DNA of 64,000 nucleotides, from contig CAVYCN010000019.1 in NCBI GenBank assembly GCA_963767005.1, positions 96,001 to 160,000 on the forward strand. The letters are read 5' to 3'. A program made the position numbers and the translations under genes. Positions within the stretch are counted from its first letter, which is position 1. Every line of letters starts with the position of its first letter. Source of the DNA: an uncultured Actinomycetes bacterium (GTDB lineage: Bacteria; Actinomycetota; Thermoleophilia; UBA2241). The notes beneath the pieces are model-generated. The model had not been told where the DNA came from. It was given only the letters and a program-made list of their open reading frames with translations, and made no database searches. Below are positions 21,439 through 33,766 of this stretch, in pieces.

Positions 21439-22720
21439 TCAGCGGCCGCGAGCGCCGTCGCCCACCGCGGCGGTCGCGAGGGCGAGGCCCTGGGCCGCCA
21501 TGCGGCCGAGCGCACGCTGCCAGGCGGCCACGACCTCGCCCAGCACGCCGTCGTCCATCGGCGTCGAGAGGTTCATGCTGCCGCGCGGCGCGATGTAGAG
21601 GCCTTCCTCGAGGCAGGCGCGATGGAAGGCCAGCGGCGCCGCCGAGTTCACCTGCAGCAGCGAGCCGTAGTTGTGCACGCGTACGTCGAGGCCGGCGGCG
21701 TCGGCCGCGTCGTTGAGCAGGCGCGACAGGCTGTCGCCGAAGCCGTTGATGCGGTCGCAGGCTGCCGTGTCGAGCATGTCGAGGCTGACGCAGCCCGCGG
21801 CCAGGCACAGGGGGCTGCCGTTCATGGTGCCGTGGGCCGACAGCGGCTCGGGGATGCGCGGGTCGAAGATCCGCATGACCTCTTCCTTGCCCCCGTAGGC
21901 GCCCAGCGGCATGCCGCCGGCGATCGTCTTGCCGACCGTTGTGAGATCGGCCTCGATGCCGTGCTCCGCCTGCCAGCCGCCGGGGTGCAGGCGAACGGTG
22001 ATCGTCTCGTCGAGGATGAGCAGAGCGCCGTGCTCGTGCGCGAGTCGCAGCGCGGCGCGGATGAACTCGGGGTCGCCGGGCTCGAGGATGTGGCCCAGGA
22101 TCGGCTCGAGCAGGATGGCGACTGTTGGGGCCGTGCGCCTGCATCAGCTCCTCGAGATGGGCGACGTCGTTGAAGCGCACGAAGTGGCACATGCCGGCGA
22201 GCGCCTGGGGGATGCCCATCGGGACAACGCCGGCGCCGTCAGGGTGAGCCTCGTCGGCGCCGCTCAGGGAGACCTGGTCCCAGCTACCGTGGTAGCCGTT
22301 GGCGGGCATGATGATGTCGTCGCGGCCGGTGAACGCGCGCGCCCCTCGCACGGCCATCATGACCGCCTCGGTGGCCGAGTTGGTGAAGCGCACGAGGTCG
22401 ATCGAGGGCGTCCGCGAGCAGAGCCGCTCGGCGAGCTCACCCTGCAGGGCGATAGGCGCGGGCATGGCCGCGGCCAGACCGTGGGGTGCCGTGCGCGTCA
22501 TGGCCTCGACGATGCGCGGATGCGCGTGGCCGTGGACCAGGGCGGTGTAGTTGTTGATCAGGTCGATGTAGGCGTTGCCGTCGACGTCCCAGAGGCGGCA
22601 GCCCTCGCCCCGCTCGATGCCGATCGGGAACGGATCGTAATGGGTCACCGTCCTCGTGTTGGCGCCGGGCATCACCTTCGCCAGCCGCTCGAAGAGCTCG
22701 CGTGATCTGTCGTCTCTCAT
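21439..22720 (-). CDS. Class-III PLP aminotransferase (GSA-aminomutase-like) (frameshifted)
   Basis: WDVDGNAYIDL, RFTNSATEA, YHGSWD, LILDETIT, GKTIAGGMPLGA, HGTMNGSP. Confidence 0.85.
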
Positions 22721-22801
22721 CTGCCTCTCCTGCACGATCGGGGCTTGGCGTAGTGGGCAAGCGCAACGCGCCGGTCACCGACTTGCCCGCCCGCGGGGGC
22801 T

Positions 22802-22851
22802 GGATGCGTATCGTATGCAATCAGCATACCGAGCGCGGTGATGGCGGTCAA
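22802..22851 (-). promoter_or_regulatory. Internal sigma70-type promoter plus operator (site B)
   Basis: Minus strand: TTGACC-17 nt-TATGCT then TGCATAC-GATA-CGCATCC. Confidence 0.7.
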
Positions 22852-23883
22852 CGGAAGATGAACCCTTCCCCGACGGGGTCGTCGGGGTCGACGAAGAAGG
22901 TGGCCGTACCGGTAAGGAAGGCCGCGCCCGTGACCTCGGGCACGACGGCCCGGTGACGACCGACGCCTGAGCGCGCGACGACGGACACGGCGAAGCACGT
23001 GCCGAGGATGCTCTCGATGACGATGGTCTCGCCGTCGCCGAGCTGGCCGGCATCATGCAGCAGGGCGGCCCGGGCGCTGACCCCCGTGCCGGTCGGCGAG
23101 CGGTCGACCTCGCCCTCGGCAAAGACGCAGACGTGCCTGCTGTGGTGGCGCTCGTCGGCCGGCGGGCCGGTGAAGATGACGCCGTAGAGGAAGCCCAGGT
23201 CGGGGGCGTTCGGGTCGTCGATCGTGAGCTGGGCCGCGACCGCCTGCTTGACCAGCTTTCCCACACAGACCAGGCGATCGTGCTGGCCTGGCACCAGCGA
23301 CAGGCCGAGGTCGGCCGCGTCGCAGAAGGCGTAGTAGGCGCCGCCGAAGGCGACGTCGCAGACCGTCGTGCCGATGCCCTCGAGCCTCACGTCGACGCCG
23401 CGCCGGTAGACGAACGACGGCACGTTGGCGAAGCTCACCGTGTGCACGGTCCCGCCCGCCGCCGTCGCGCGGGCCACCACGAGACCGGCCGGCGTGTCGG
23501 TTCTCACCGAGCGACTCGGCGCCCTCGCCGGCCGCGACCATGCCCGTCTCCAGGAGCACCTTCGTGAAGCCGATGATGCCGTGCCCGCACATGGTGCTGA
23601 AGCCCTCGTTGTGCAGGAACAGCACGCCGCAGTCGCTACCCTCCGTCACCGGGGCGGTCGGGATCGCGCCGTACATGTCGGCATGACCGCGCGGCTCCCA
23701 CATCAGCGTCCGCCGCAGGCCGTCGAGATGCTCCTGGGCGTAGCGACGTTTGGCGAGCATCGTGTCGCCCGGGATCGGCGGCAGCCCCTCGACGATCACC
23801 CGCAGGGGCTCGCCGGCGGCGTGCACGTCGATGGTCCGCAGGACCGGTGAACCCCCGGGTACGTGCGGCGTGACCTGCGCCAT
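22848..23883 (-). CDS. Proline racemase superfamily, Cys/Thr type (trans-3-hydroxy-L-proline dehydratase-like); one frameshift near 23510
   Basis: [28 protein letters not shown] (Cys), DRSPTGTG (Thr in place of the second Cys). Confidence 0.85.
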
Positions 23884-25268
23884 CAGCCGTAGAAGGGCGG
23901 ATCGCGGAACTGCAGCCCCATTGCTTCCAGACCTGCCCTTGCCTCTTCGTATGCCGCGCGGATCTCCGGGCCGGGGCGCCGCGTCGCTACCTCGTAGCAG
24001 TCCTGATAGCGCAGACCGAGCGGCGGGTCCTTGAGCTTGTCCTCGTAGGCGTCGAGCAGCCGCAGGACGATCGCGTTGACCTCGGCCCGGGGCAGACCGA
24101 CCACGGACCGCCCGACCTCGGCGGCAAGCAACGGCTCCGCCGGCGAGACGTGATCGGGGTGCGTGGCGCGCGCGGCGGGGCCGGCCTCGACGCTGCCGCC
24201 GCTCACCACGCAGGTTGCGGCCATCGCCGCCGCCTCGTACAGGCTCATCGTCGTCCCGGGCCCGGCCGCGTAGACACCCGACTCGAGACAGGGCACGTCG
24301 CTATGGGTGGTGACCGCCTGCATCGCCACCGACCGCACCCAGATGACGTCGCGGCCGGCGACGGACTGCGTCTCGAAGTGCGTCACGTACGGGTGCTGGA
24401 CGGCGGCCTGAAGGACGAGCAGCGCGAAGAAGTGATAGGCGGCGAGCGTGATCGCACAGCCGGCCGGACCACCCGCGTAGCCGCCGATCACCTGCCCGGT
24501 GCCGCCCAGCACGTGGCGACCCTGCGAGCGTGCGAACGCGACCCGGCTCAGATTGTCGAAGTCGATCTTGAGCTCGGCGATGTTGCCGATCTCGGTCACG
24601 TCGTGGCTGCCGGCGAGGGCGCCGCCGGCGATGTTCCCCTGCGCCTTGACGCCGGTCGGCACGAGGTTGGAGATGCCCAGACCGGGGCGCCCGGCGGCGT
24701 GGCGCGCCGCCTCCCGCGTCATGGCGACCGTGCGCAGGCACCCCTCGACCTCGAGAGGGCTGCCGGCGACGACCGGCAGGCCGTCGATCTGCGCCATCGC
24801 CGGCGAGGCGACGGCGTCGATGTGGGGCAGCTCGCAATAGGCTTGCGTGAGGCTCGCGAAGACGTCGTCGCTGGTGACCGCCGCGCCGCAGGCGCCGAGC
24901 GAGAAGAACGGCTCGATCGCGCTCTCGGGGCGGCGGGTCGGGATCGCCCTGGCCTGCTGCCCCTCGCCCAGGACGACGCCGCGCGGCGCTTCGGCCAGCG
25001 CCTGGTCGAGCTCGAGCTCGTCGAACGCGACCACTCGCTCGGTGTCGACGCAGTAGACCCCGACGCGCAGGAACAGCTCGCGGCCGGCCTGCCAGACGCG
25101 TTCGGCGAGGTCGTCGTCACTCGGGATCGGCGTCTCGGGCGTGTAGACGATCCCGTGCTTCTTGACGAGCTCGCGGACCGCCGGGATGAAGCGCTTGAGG
25201 TCGAAGTCGCCCTGGTTACAGATCTCGCCGCTCACGGCGCGGCGGTAGAAGTCGACGCTCGAGAGCAT
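23883..25268 (-). CDS. mtmB: MtmB-family (monomethylamine methyltransferase-like) protein, non-pyrrolysine
   Basis: 461 aa; [52 protein letters not shown] motifs; TCC (Ser) at the apparent Pyl site. Confidence 0.82.
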   Translation of the reverse strand: MLSSVDFYRRAVSGEICNQGDFDLKRFIPAVRELVKKHGIVYTPETPIPSDDDLAERVWQAGRELFLRVGVYCVDTERVVAFDELELDQALAEAPRGVVLGEGQQARAIPTRRPESAIEPFFSLGACGAAVTSDDVFASLTQAYCELPHIDAVASPAMAQIDGLPVVAGSPLEVEGCLRTVAMTREAARHAAGRPGLGISNLVPTGVKAQGNIAGGALAGSHDVTEIGNIAELKIDFDNLSRVAFARSQGRHVLGGTGQVIGGYAGGPAGCAITLAAYHFFALLVLQAAVQHPYVTHFETQSVAGRDVIWVRSVAMQAVTTHSDVPCLESGVYAAGPGTTMSLYEAAAMAATCVVSGGSVEAGPAARATHPDHVSPAEPLLAAEVGRSVVGLPRAEVNAIVLRLLDAYEDKLKDPPLGLRYQDCYEVATRRPGPEIRAAYEEARAGLEAMGLQFRDPPFYG

Positions 25269-25274
25269 CCGCCA

Positions 25275-25926
25275 TCAGCTCCTCTGGCGCCGGGCCAGGG
25301 CGACGGCGTCGGCCGCCGTCTCTCCGTAGCCGTCGGCCCCGATCTCGCGCGCCCACTCCGCGGTGACGGCCGCACCGCCGACCATGACGAAGAAGTCGTC
25401 CCTCCTGCCCGCCGCGGCCAGATGCTCGAGGACCTCGCGCTGCTGCGGGATGGTCGTCGACATGAGGGCGCACACGGCGATCACCTCGGCGCGCGCATCG
25501 CCGGCGGCCGAGACAAAGCGCGACGCGGGAACATCGACGCCGAGGTCGACCACCTCGAACCCCGAGGCCTTCAGCATAGTGGCGACGATGTTCTTGCCGA
25601 GCGAGTGGATGTCGCCCTTGACGGTGCCGATCACGACCTTGCCCCTGGCGTCGGCGCGCGTGGCGCCCTCGAGCAGCGGCTCGACCAGGTCCATGCCGGC
25701 CTGCCAGGCTTCGGCCGCGAGCATCATCTCGGGCAGGTAGACCTCTTCGCGACGGAACTGCTCGCCGACCTCGCGGATGCCGGCCACGAGCCCGTCGTCG
25801 AGCAGGGCGCGCGGCGCAAGACCGGCCTCGAGACCCTCCCGTACGAGCGCCGGCACCCGGTCGAAGTCGGCCTCGACGAAGGCCGCCACGATGCGGCAAC
25901 CCCCGCTCGGCCTGCGCATCACTCAT
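25275..25926 (-). CDS. Corrinoid (B12-binding) methyltransferase cognate protein; frameshift near the 5' end
   Basis: YLPEMMLAAEA, GTVKGDIHSLGKNIV (DxHxxG), DLGVDVP, ALMSTT, MVGGAAVT, IGADGY. Confidence 0.92.
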
Positions 25927-26100
25927 ACCGTACCTTCCTGTCGTTCCGTCACGTCGAGGTCAGGGGTCCCGCCGGCCCAGTGCAGACACCGGCCAGCAGC
26001 GGTCGGCCGCAGTCGCGGCCGCCGGCCAGGGTCCACGAGGCGCCGCTCCACGAGCGTCGCCGGGGAGTCCGAGTACTTCCCGTGAGGCCTTCGTGTCGCT

Positions 26101-28018
<1,918 letters not shown>

Positions 28019-28022
<4 letters not shown>

Positions 28023-28909
28023 ATCACTGCCAACCGGCTCAGCTCGTCGCCGGCGAGGACCCGCGACAGGGCATCGGCGGTGAGGTTGAGTGACACGGCC
28101 AGGCACGTGATGCCGAGCGCCGGCAGCATGGTGCCCCACGGCGCCACGGTGATCAGGGCACGGTTCTCGGCCACCATCAGCCCCCAGTCCGGCGTCGGCG
28201 GCTGCACGCCGAGGCCGAGGAAGCTGAGCGTGGCGACGAACAGGATGCCGTAGGTGAGCCGCAGGCCGAACTCGGCGAGGGTCGGCCCCGAGACGTTGGG
28301 CAGCACCTCGCGGAAGATGATCGACAGGTCCCGTTCGCCGCGCGCCTGCGCGGACAGGACATAGGGGTTGACGATCACCGACTGGGCCGTGCCGCGCACC
28401 ACCCGCCCCATGCCCGGCGCGTACACGAGCGCGACGACAGTGATCAGCACCGTATCGGAGGAGCCGACCGCGCCGATGATCACGAGCACGATGAGCAGCG
28501 GCGGCAGGGTGAGCATCACGTCGAACACCTTGGAGATCACGACGTCGGGCCAGCGGCCCCAGTAGGCGGCGAACAGGCCGAGGCTGCCGCCGACGATGAG
28601 CGAGAGCGTCACGGCGACGAGCGGGATGAGCAGCACGGTCACGCCGCCGTGCAGGAAACGGCTCAGGACGTCGCGCCCGAGGGCGTCGGTACCGAACCAG
28701 TGCGCCGCCGACGAGGGCGAGCCCGGAGCGCCGGCGTCGTAGTTCGTGCCGGGCCCGAAGAAGCGGCCGAGCACGATGAGCCCGATCATGAAGGCGCCCA
28801 GGCCGATGCCGATCTTGCCTTCCGTGGTCTGCAGCACGCCGCGGAGCACGCTGCGCCGCGGTGCGACGCTCGCCACGGAAGCGGCGGCCGATGATTCTGC
28901 AATGCTCAT
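28019..28909 (-). CDS. Peptide ABC transporter permease (DppC/OppC-like)
   Basis: HWFGTDALGRDVLSR, LSFLGLGVQPPTPDWG. Confidence 0.92.
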
Positions 28910-28912
28910 CTC

Positions 28913-29953
28913 TCAGCCGTTCCTGAGTCGGGGGTTGTAGAAGGTCACAAGGACGTCGGCGGCGACTCCGATGGCGATGAAGAGGACGCCACAGAGCATC
29001 GCGACCGCCTGGACCACGAGCAGATCGCCGTCGGCGATGGACTGGACGAGCAGCGTGCCCATGCCCGGGAAGCCGAACACGTTCTCGACGATGATGACAC
29101 CACCGACGAGCCAGATCAGGTCGAGGGCCACGGCGTTGATGATCGGGCCCGAGGCGTTCGGCATGAGGTGCTTGTAGACGATGGTGCGACGCGACAGTCC
29201 GCGCAGGACCGCCGCGCGCGCGTAGGGTGTCGTCATCGTCTCGCGCACGGAGACCTGCGTGAGCCGCGAGATGTGCGGCAGCAGCGAGATCACCAGCGTG
29301 GTGGTCGGCAGGATGAAGGCCTGGATCTTGCCGGACACCCCCCCGAACGACATGCCGGTGCTGTCGACCGGTGTCAGGCCGAGCTTCACGGACAGCGCGT
29401 AGATCAACACGATGCCGATGACGAAGACCGGGATCGCGGCCACCGACACGTTCATGATGGAGAGGCTGAGCTCGCGCACCCGCGAGCCGGGTCTGGCAAG
29501 GTAGACGCCGAAGGCGATCGCGATCGGCAGGGCGACGATGATCGAGGTCAGCGCCAGGATGAACGTATTGACGAACTTCGGCATGACGATGCCGCTCACG
29601 GGATCGTTCGTGACCGCCGACGTGCCCCAGTCGCCGTGCAGGAACCCGACGAGCCACTGCTCGTACTGCACGATCACCGGCCGGTCGAGCCCGTGCGCGC
29701 GGTTGAAGTCGGAGAGCTGCTGCGGCGTGGCCTGGCGACCGAGGACGCGGCGCGCCACGTTGATGCCCAGCACGTGCGTCGAGGCGAAGACGATCAGCGA
29801 GATCAGCAGCAGCGTGACCAGGGCGGGAATGAGGCGCGACCGCACGAGCAGCCACGCCACCGACGCCGCACCCCCCCTGCCGGGGGGTGCGGCGAACGCT
29901 TCGGTGGAAGCCAGCGCCGCCTCGGGTAGAGACGGTTCCGAACCTTCCGTCAT
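28913..29953 (-). CDS. Peptide ABC transporter permease (DppB/OppB-like)
   Basis: GLDRPVIVQY, GDWGTS, ARAAVLRGLS, VENVFGFPGMG. Confidence 0.92.
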   Translation of the reverse strand: MTEGSEPSLPEAALASTEAFAAPPGRGGAASVAWLLVRSRLIPALVTLLLISLIVFASTHVLGINVARRVLGRQATPQQLSDFNRAHGLDRPVIVQYEQWLVGFLHGDWGTSAVTNDPVSGIVMPKFVNTFILALTSIIVALPIAIAFGVYLARPGSRVRELSLSIMNVSVAAIPVFVIGIVLIYALSVKLGLTPVDSTGMSFGGVSGKIQAFILPTTTLVISLLPHISRLTQVSVRETMTTPYARAAVLRGLSRRTIVYKHLMPNASGPIINAVALDLIWLVGGVIIVENVFGFPGMGTLLVQSIADGDLLVVQAVAMLCGVLFIAIGVAADVLVTFYNPRLRNG

Positions 29954-31572
29954 GCGTAGAACCCGCACTGCCGGAAGTCGAGCATGGAGAACGTCCAGGG
30001 TACGACCCTGGTGCCGACCCTCGAGGTCCAGAGGCGATTGAGGTAGGCGGGGATCATCTCGCCGCTGCCGCCGTCACCGGAGGCCATCCATTCGCAGCAC
30101 TCGGTGGTCGCCGCCGTGAGCGCGTCGCCGGTCGACGCGTACGCCTTGGTGAGCAGCGCGTCCATCTTGGCGCTCTTCCACTTGGACTCGTTCCACGGCG
30201 CGCTGCTCTGGCAGTTGAGCGCCATGGTCTCGACGGGATGACGCCGGTTCCAGTCGTCGACGCAGAACGGATCCTTCATCCACACCGTGTCCCAATAGGT
30301 GTCGGCCGGGATCTGCTTGACGGTGATGCGGAAGGGCGAGCCCTTGGTCGCGGCCGCGAAGGCCAGGCTGAAGTTGGCGTGCAGCGCGTCGCCGGGGGCC
30401 TTCAGGTTCAGGTCGATGCCGCTGGCGTAGCCGGCCTCGGTCATGAGCTGGGTCGCCTTGGCGCGATCCATCTTCGTCGTCGCGATCAGCGTGTCGTTCA
30501 TGAACGGGTCGTCCATCGCGACCCAGGCGTCGGGCGACGCGAACCCCTGCCCGCCGTAGGCGATGTTGATGACGTTGTCGCGGTCGATCGAGAGCTTGAG
30601 GGCCTGGCGCACCCGGGGGTCGCTGAACGGCTTGGTCGTACAGTCGCACACGACGCAGTACGTGATGCCCTTCTCGTAGGGGTTGACCTGCAGCTTGGAG
30701 TTGGCCTTGACCACGGCGAGCTGGTCGAACGAGACCTGGGTCACGCTCGCCGCGCCCGACGCGACCGACTGCAGCTTGGTCGACTCTTCGGGGTCCTGGA
30801 TGCCGCGCACGGTGTCGACGATCGGATAGCCCGTCATCCAGTAGGCCGGGTTCTTGTCGACCTCGAAGGACTGACCTTCGTTGTAGAACTTGAGCTTGAA
30901 CGGGCCGGTCCCGATCCCCTTGGCGTAGTCGGCTTCCTTGCTGTTCGCCTTGACGAGGTAGCACTGCTGGTTGGACAGCGCCAGCAGCAGGAGCGAGTCG
31001 GGGCGCTTGAGCTTGAGCTTGAGCGTCAGGTCGTCGACGACGACGACGCCGTTCTTGTCGATGCTCGAGTCGAGACGCTGCATCATGCCCGAGCCGCCCT
31101 CGGGCGACATGATCCGCTCGATCGACCAGGCGGCGTCCTTCGCCGTGAACGGCGTGCCGTCGTGCCAGGTGACGTTGGGGCGCAGATGGAAGGTGTACTC
31201 CGTGAGCTCGGGATTGACGTCCCAGGTCTGCGCCAGGCGCGGCACCGGCTGGAACTTGAAGTCGTAGGACACAAGACCTTCGCGCAGCATGCCCTCGAGC
31301 GCGTCCTGGCCGTCGTCGATGTTCTTGAGCGGATCGAGGCCGTCCTTGGGGAACAGCTGATCGGTCGCGAACGTGAAGACCCCGCCGCGCTTGATGGCCC
31401 TCGACGAGGCCGTCGGCGCGGCGCCCGTCCCTGAACCGCTGCTCCCGCAAGCGGCCAGCAGGCCGGAGCTTGCGAGCCCCGCTCCCAGGCCGACGACAGC
31501 GCCGGCCTGCAGCAGTTGACGCCGCGTCAGGCGTACGCCCAGGGGGCCTTCTGCTTCACCTCGTGACTTCAC
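29950..31572 (-). CDS. Family-5 ABC substrate-binding lipoprotein with Tat signal
   Basis: LTRRQLLQ twin-arginine motif, LLAAC lipobox, WHDGTPFTAKD, GTGPFKL, PFSDPRVRQAL. Confidence 0.92.
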   Translation of the reverse strand: MKSRGEAEGPLGVRLTRRQLLQAGAVVGLGAGLASSGLLAACGSSGSGTGAAPTASSRAIKRGGVFTFATDQLFPKDGLDPLKNIDDGQDALEGMLREGLVSYDFKFQPVPRLAQTWDVNPELTEYTFHLRPNVTWHDGTPFTAKDAAWSIERIMSPEGGSGMMQRLDSSIDKNGVVVVDDLTLKLKLKRPDSLLLLALSNQQCYLVKANSKEADYAKGIGTGPFKLKFYNEGQSFEVDKNPAYWMTGYPIVDTVRGIQDPEESTKLQSVASGAASVTQVSFDQLAVVKANSKLQVNPYEKGITYCVVCDCTTKPFSDPRVRQALKLSIDRDNVINIAYGGQGFASPDAWVAMDDPFMNDTLIATTKMDRAKATQLMTEAGYASGIDLNLKAPGDALHANFSLAFAAATKGSPFRITVKQIPADTYWDTVWMKDPFCVDDWNRRHPVETMALNCQSSAPWNESKWKSAKMDALLTKAYASTGDALTAATTECCEWMASGDGGSGEMIPAYLNRLWTSRVGTRVVPWTFSMLDFRQCGFYA

Positions 31573-31806
31573 TGGTTACCTCCCTGTCGTCGTCGTGCTC
31601 GGGGACGATGTGTGGGGAACGGGCCGGGACCCTGGAACGAACCTGTGCGCTCCCCCCGGATGCGCGGACCGCGCCGGAAGCTCGTCGCGCCACCTGCGGC
31701 GGCGCCTTCTGCTACCCGGCCGCGGGGTCGGCTCACGTCATGGACCCTCCTTTGCGGAATGTCTGAACGGCTGCGGCTTGCCGGGCCTGTGTGGCGTACA
31801 CTTCTG

Positions 31807-31844
31807 GTATGCGCAGAGTATGCGTAGCCCTCCGTGGTCGTCAA
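31807..31844 (-). promoter_or_regulatory. sigma70-type promoter plus operator (site C), in the divergent region
   Basis: Minus strand: TTGACG-16 nt-CATACT, overlapped by CGCATAC-TCTG-CGCATAC. Confidence 0.7.
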
Positions 31845-31914
31845 GAACGTCGTGCAGCGAGGTTCGCGGGACCTCCTGATCGGACCGGGGCGCGGCGTCG
31901 CGAAAGGAGAGACC

Positions 31915-32829
31915 GTGGGTGAGAAGGTCGGGTTCATCGGGCTCGGTATCATGGGCCGGCCGATGGCGAGGAACCTGCTGAAGGCCGGTCACGACCTCGT
32001 GGTGCTCGACGTCGACCCGCGCGCCGTGGCGGCGCTGGTCGCCGACGGGGCCCGGGGTGCCGCGTCGCCGGCCGAGGTGACCGACCGCGCGCCGTGGGTC
32101 GTCACGATGCTGCCCGGCGGGCCGGCGGTCGAGGAGGTCGTCCTGGGGGCCGACGGGGTGCTCACCGCCGCCCGGGCGGACACCGTGCTGGTCGACATGA
32201 GCAGCACGTCGCCCGGCACCGCCAGGACCGTCGCCGCGGCCCTCGAGGCGCGCGGCGCCTCGTCCCTCGACGCTCCGGTCAGCGGCGGCGAGCCGGGCGC
32301 GGTGTCCGGTGAGCTCGTGATCATGGCCGGAGGGCAGCCCGACGTGTTCGCGGCGGCCGCGCCGCTCTTCGCGGCGCTCGGAAAGCGCGCCGTGCTGGTC
32401 GGACCGAGCGGCGCCGGCCAGACCGCGAAGCTGGTCAACCAGCTCCTCGTCGCCGCCCACCTCGAAGCCATGGCGGAGGGCCTCGCGCTGGCCTCGAGCG
32501 CGCACGTCGACCCGCGCCTGGTCCTGGAAGCGATCAGCGGCGGGCTCGCCGATTCGGCCGTGCTCGCCGCCAAGGGTCCGCTGCTCCTCGCTCGCGACTT
32601 CGCGCCCGGCGCCAGGATCGAGATCCATCGCAAGGACATGAAGAACGTGCTCGCCGCGGCCCGCGACCTGGGGCTGACGCTGCCGGTCGCAGAGCTGCTC
32701 GAGGTCATGTTCGACACGCTGGTCGGACAGGGCAAGGGTGGGCTCGACCACGTCGCGCTGGCGCAGGTCGTCGAGGCCATGAACGGCATCGAGATCGGCG
32801 GCGCCGGCAGGCTCGGCTACCTCCCTTGA
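31915..32829 (+). CDS. Beta-hydroxyacid dehydrogenase family (2-hydroxy-3-oxopropionate reductase / 3-hydroxyisobutyrate dehydrogenase-like)
   Basis: GFIGLGIMGRPMA, DAPVSGG, GAGQTAKLVNQ, HRKDM; AAGGAG RBS. Confidence 0.9.
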   Translation: MGEKVGFIGLGIMGRPMARNLLKAGHDLVVLDVDPRAVAALVADGARGAASPAEVTDRAPWVVTMLPGGPAVEEVVLGADGVLTAARADTVLVDMSSTSPGTARTVAAALEARGASSLDAPVSGGEPGAVSGELVIMAGGQPDVFAAAAPLFAALGKRAVLVGPSGAGQTAKLVNQLLVAAHLEAMAEGLALASSAHVDPRLVLEAISGGLADSAVLAAKGPLLLARDFAPGARIEIHRKDMKNVLAAARDLGLTLPVAELLEVMFDTLVGQGKGGLDHVALAQVVEAMNGIEIGGAGRLGYLP

Positions 32830-32876
32830 CAGCCTCCGGCTTGCCACCTACGATGTGCATACACACCGTATACGAT
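32826..32876 (+). promoter_or_regulatory. gntR promoter plus operator (site D)
   Basis: TTGACA-17 nt-TACGAT then TGCATAC-ACAC-CGTATAC; 18 of 21 nt identical to site A. Confidence 0.78.
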
Positions 32877-32955
32877 TCCGCCAGCGAGGTGATTGTGTAC
32901 GTCCCTGCCCATCATCGTCCCGTCAACGTCCCTCCGCCCGAAAGGTCTTGCTGAC

Positions 32956-33624
32956 ATGGCCAGGAGCATGGCTTCCGCAGGCAACGCCGGTCAGTACGAG
33001 CGCGCCAGCGACACGGCGCTGCGGGAGTTGCGCCGGATGATCATCACGCTGGAGCTCGCCCCCGGCGAGGCCATCACCGAGGAGAGCCTGGGCGCCCGCC
33101 TGAAGTGCTCGCGCACGCCGATCAGAGAGGCGCTGCAGCAGCTCGTGCGCGAGCACCTCGTGGTCGCCACGCCTCACCGCGGGGTGTCGGTGGCGACGCT
33201 CAACCTGACCGACTTCTTCGCCATGCTCGAAGCCACCGAGGCGGTCGACGCGACCCTCATGCGGCTGGCCGCCGAGCGGCTGACCGACGAGCAGATCGCC
33301 GAGCTCGACGAGCTCCTGCGACAGTCCGACGAGGCCGAGGCGGCCGGCGACTTCGAGCAGGTCGTGGAGCTCGACTTCCAGTTCCACAGCGTCATCGCGA
33401 CCGGCTCGTCCAATCACTTCCTGATCGAGTTCCACGACACCCTCCACCGTCTCTCGACGCGCTTCGTGTTCCTCGGCTTCAGGCGCGCCGGCACGGCGGC
33501 CGGCGCGATCGAGGATCACCGCGTGATGCTCGAAGCGCTCCGCGCCCGCGACGCCGACCGCGCCGAGAGTGCCGCACGCGCGCACTGCCGTCACGCCCGC
33601 GAGCGCATGATGGCCGGGCTCTGA
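32956..33624 (+). CDS. GntR family regulator (wHTH plus FCD)
   Basis: LAPGEAITEESLGARLKCSRTPIREALQQL; LDFQFH, EDHRVMLEAL. Confidence 0.9.
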   Translation: MARSMASAGNAGQYERASDTALRELRRMIITLELAPGEAITEESLGARLKCSRTPIREALQQLVREHLVVATPHRGVSVATLNLTDFFAMLEATEAVDATLMRLAAERLTDEQIAELDELLRQSDEAEAAGDFEQVVELDFQFHSVIATGSSNHFLIEFHDTLHRLSTRFVFLGFRRAGTAAGAIEDHRVMLEALRARDADRAESAARAHCRHARERMMAGL

Positions 33625-33766
33625 GACCGTCCGCGGCCGGCCCCGTCAGGTCCTAGAAGCGGCGGGGCGTGCCCGCTTCTGTCCACCGTTGCCACAGGCC
33701 AACGCGACCGGGGAGATCAGACCGTGAAGAGACGCCATCTGGGACTTCGCAGACTCTCAGCAGTGG

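Noticed and set aside
21439-22720. hemL (tetrapyrrole synthesis) assignment
   Set aside because: Only family-level similarity, no hem genes nearby and a catabolic context
20582-22735. 717-aa apparent aminotransferase-MttB fusion
   Set aside because: A frameshift near 22120 joins the two; the aminotransferase has its own stop at 21439 and mttB its own RBS and ATG at 21418
19909-25268. Pyrrolysine recoding in mttB or mtmB
   Set aside because: No in-frame TAG at the equivalent sites (Lys and Ser codons) and no pyl genes in the window
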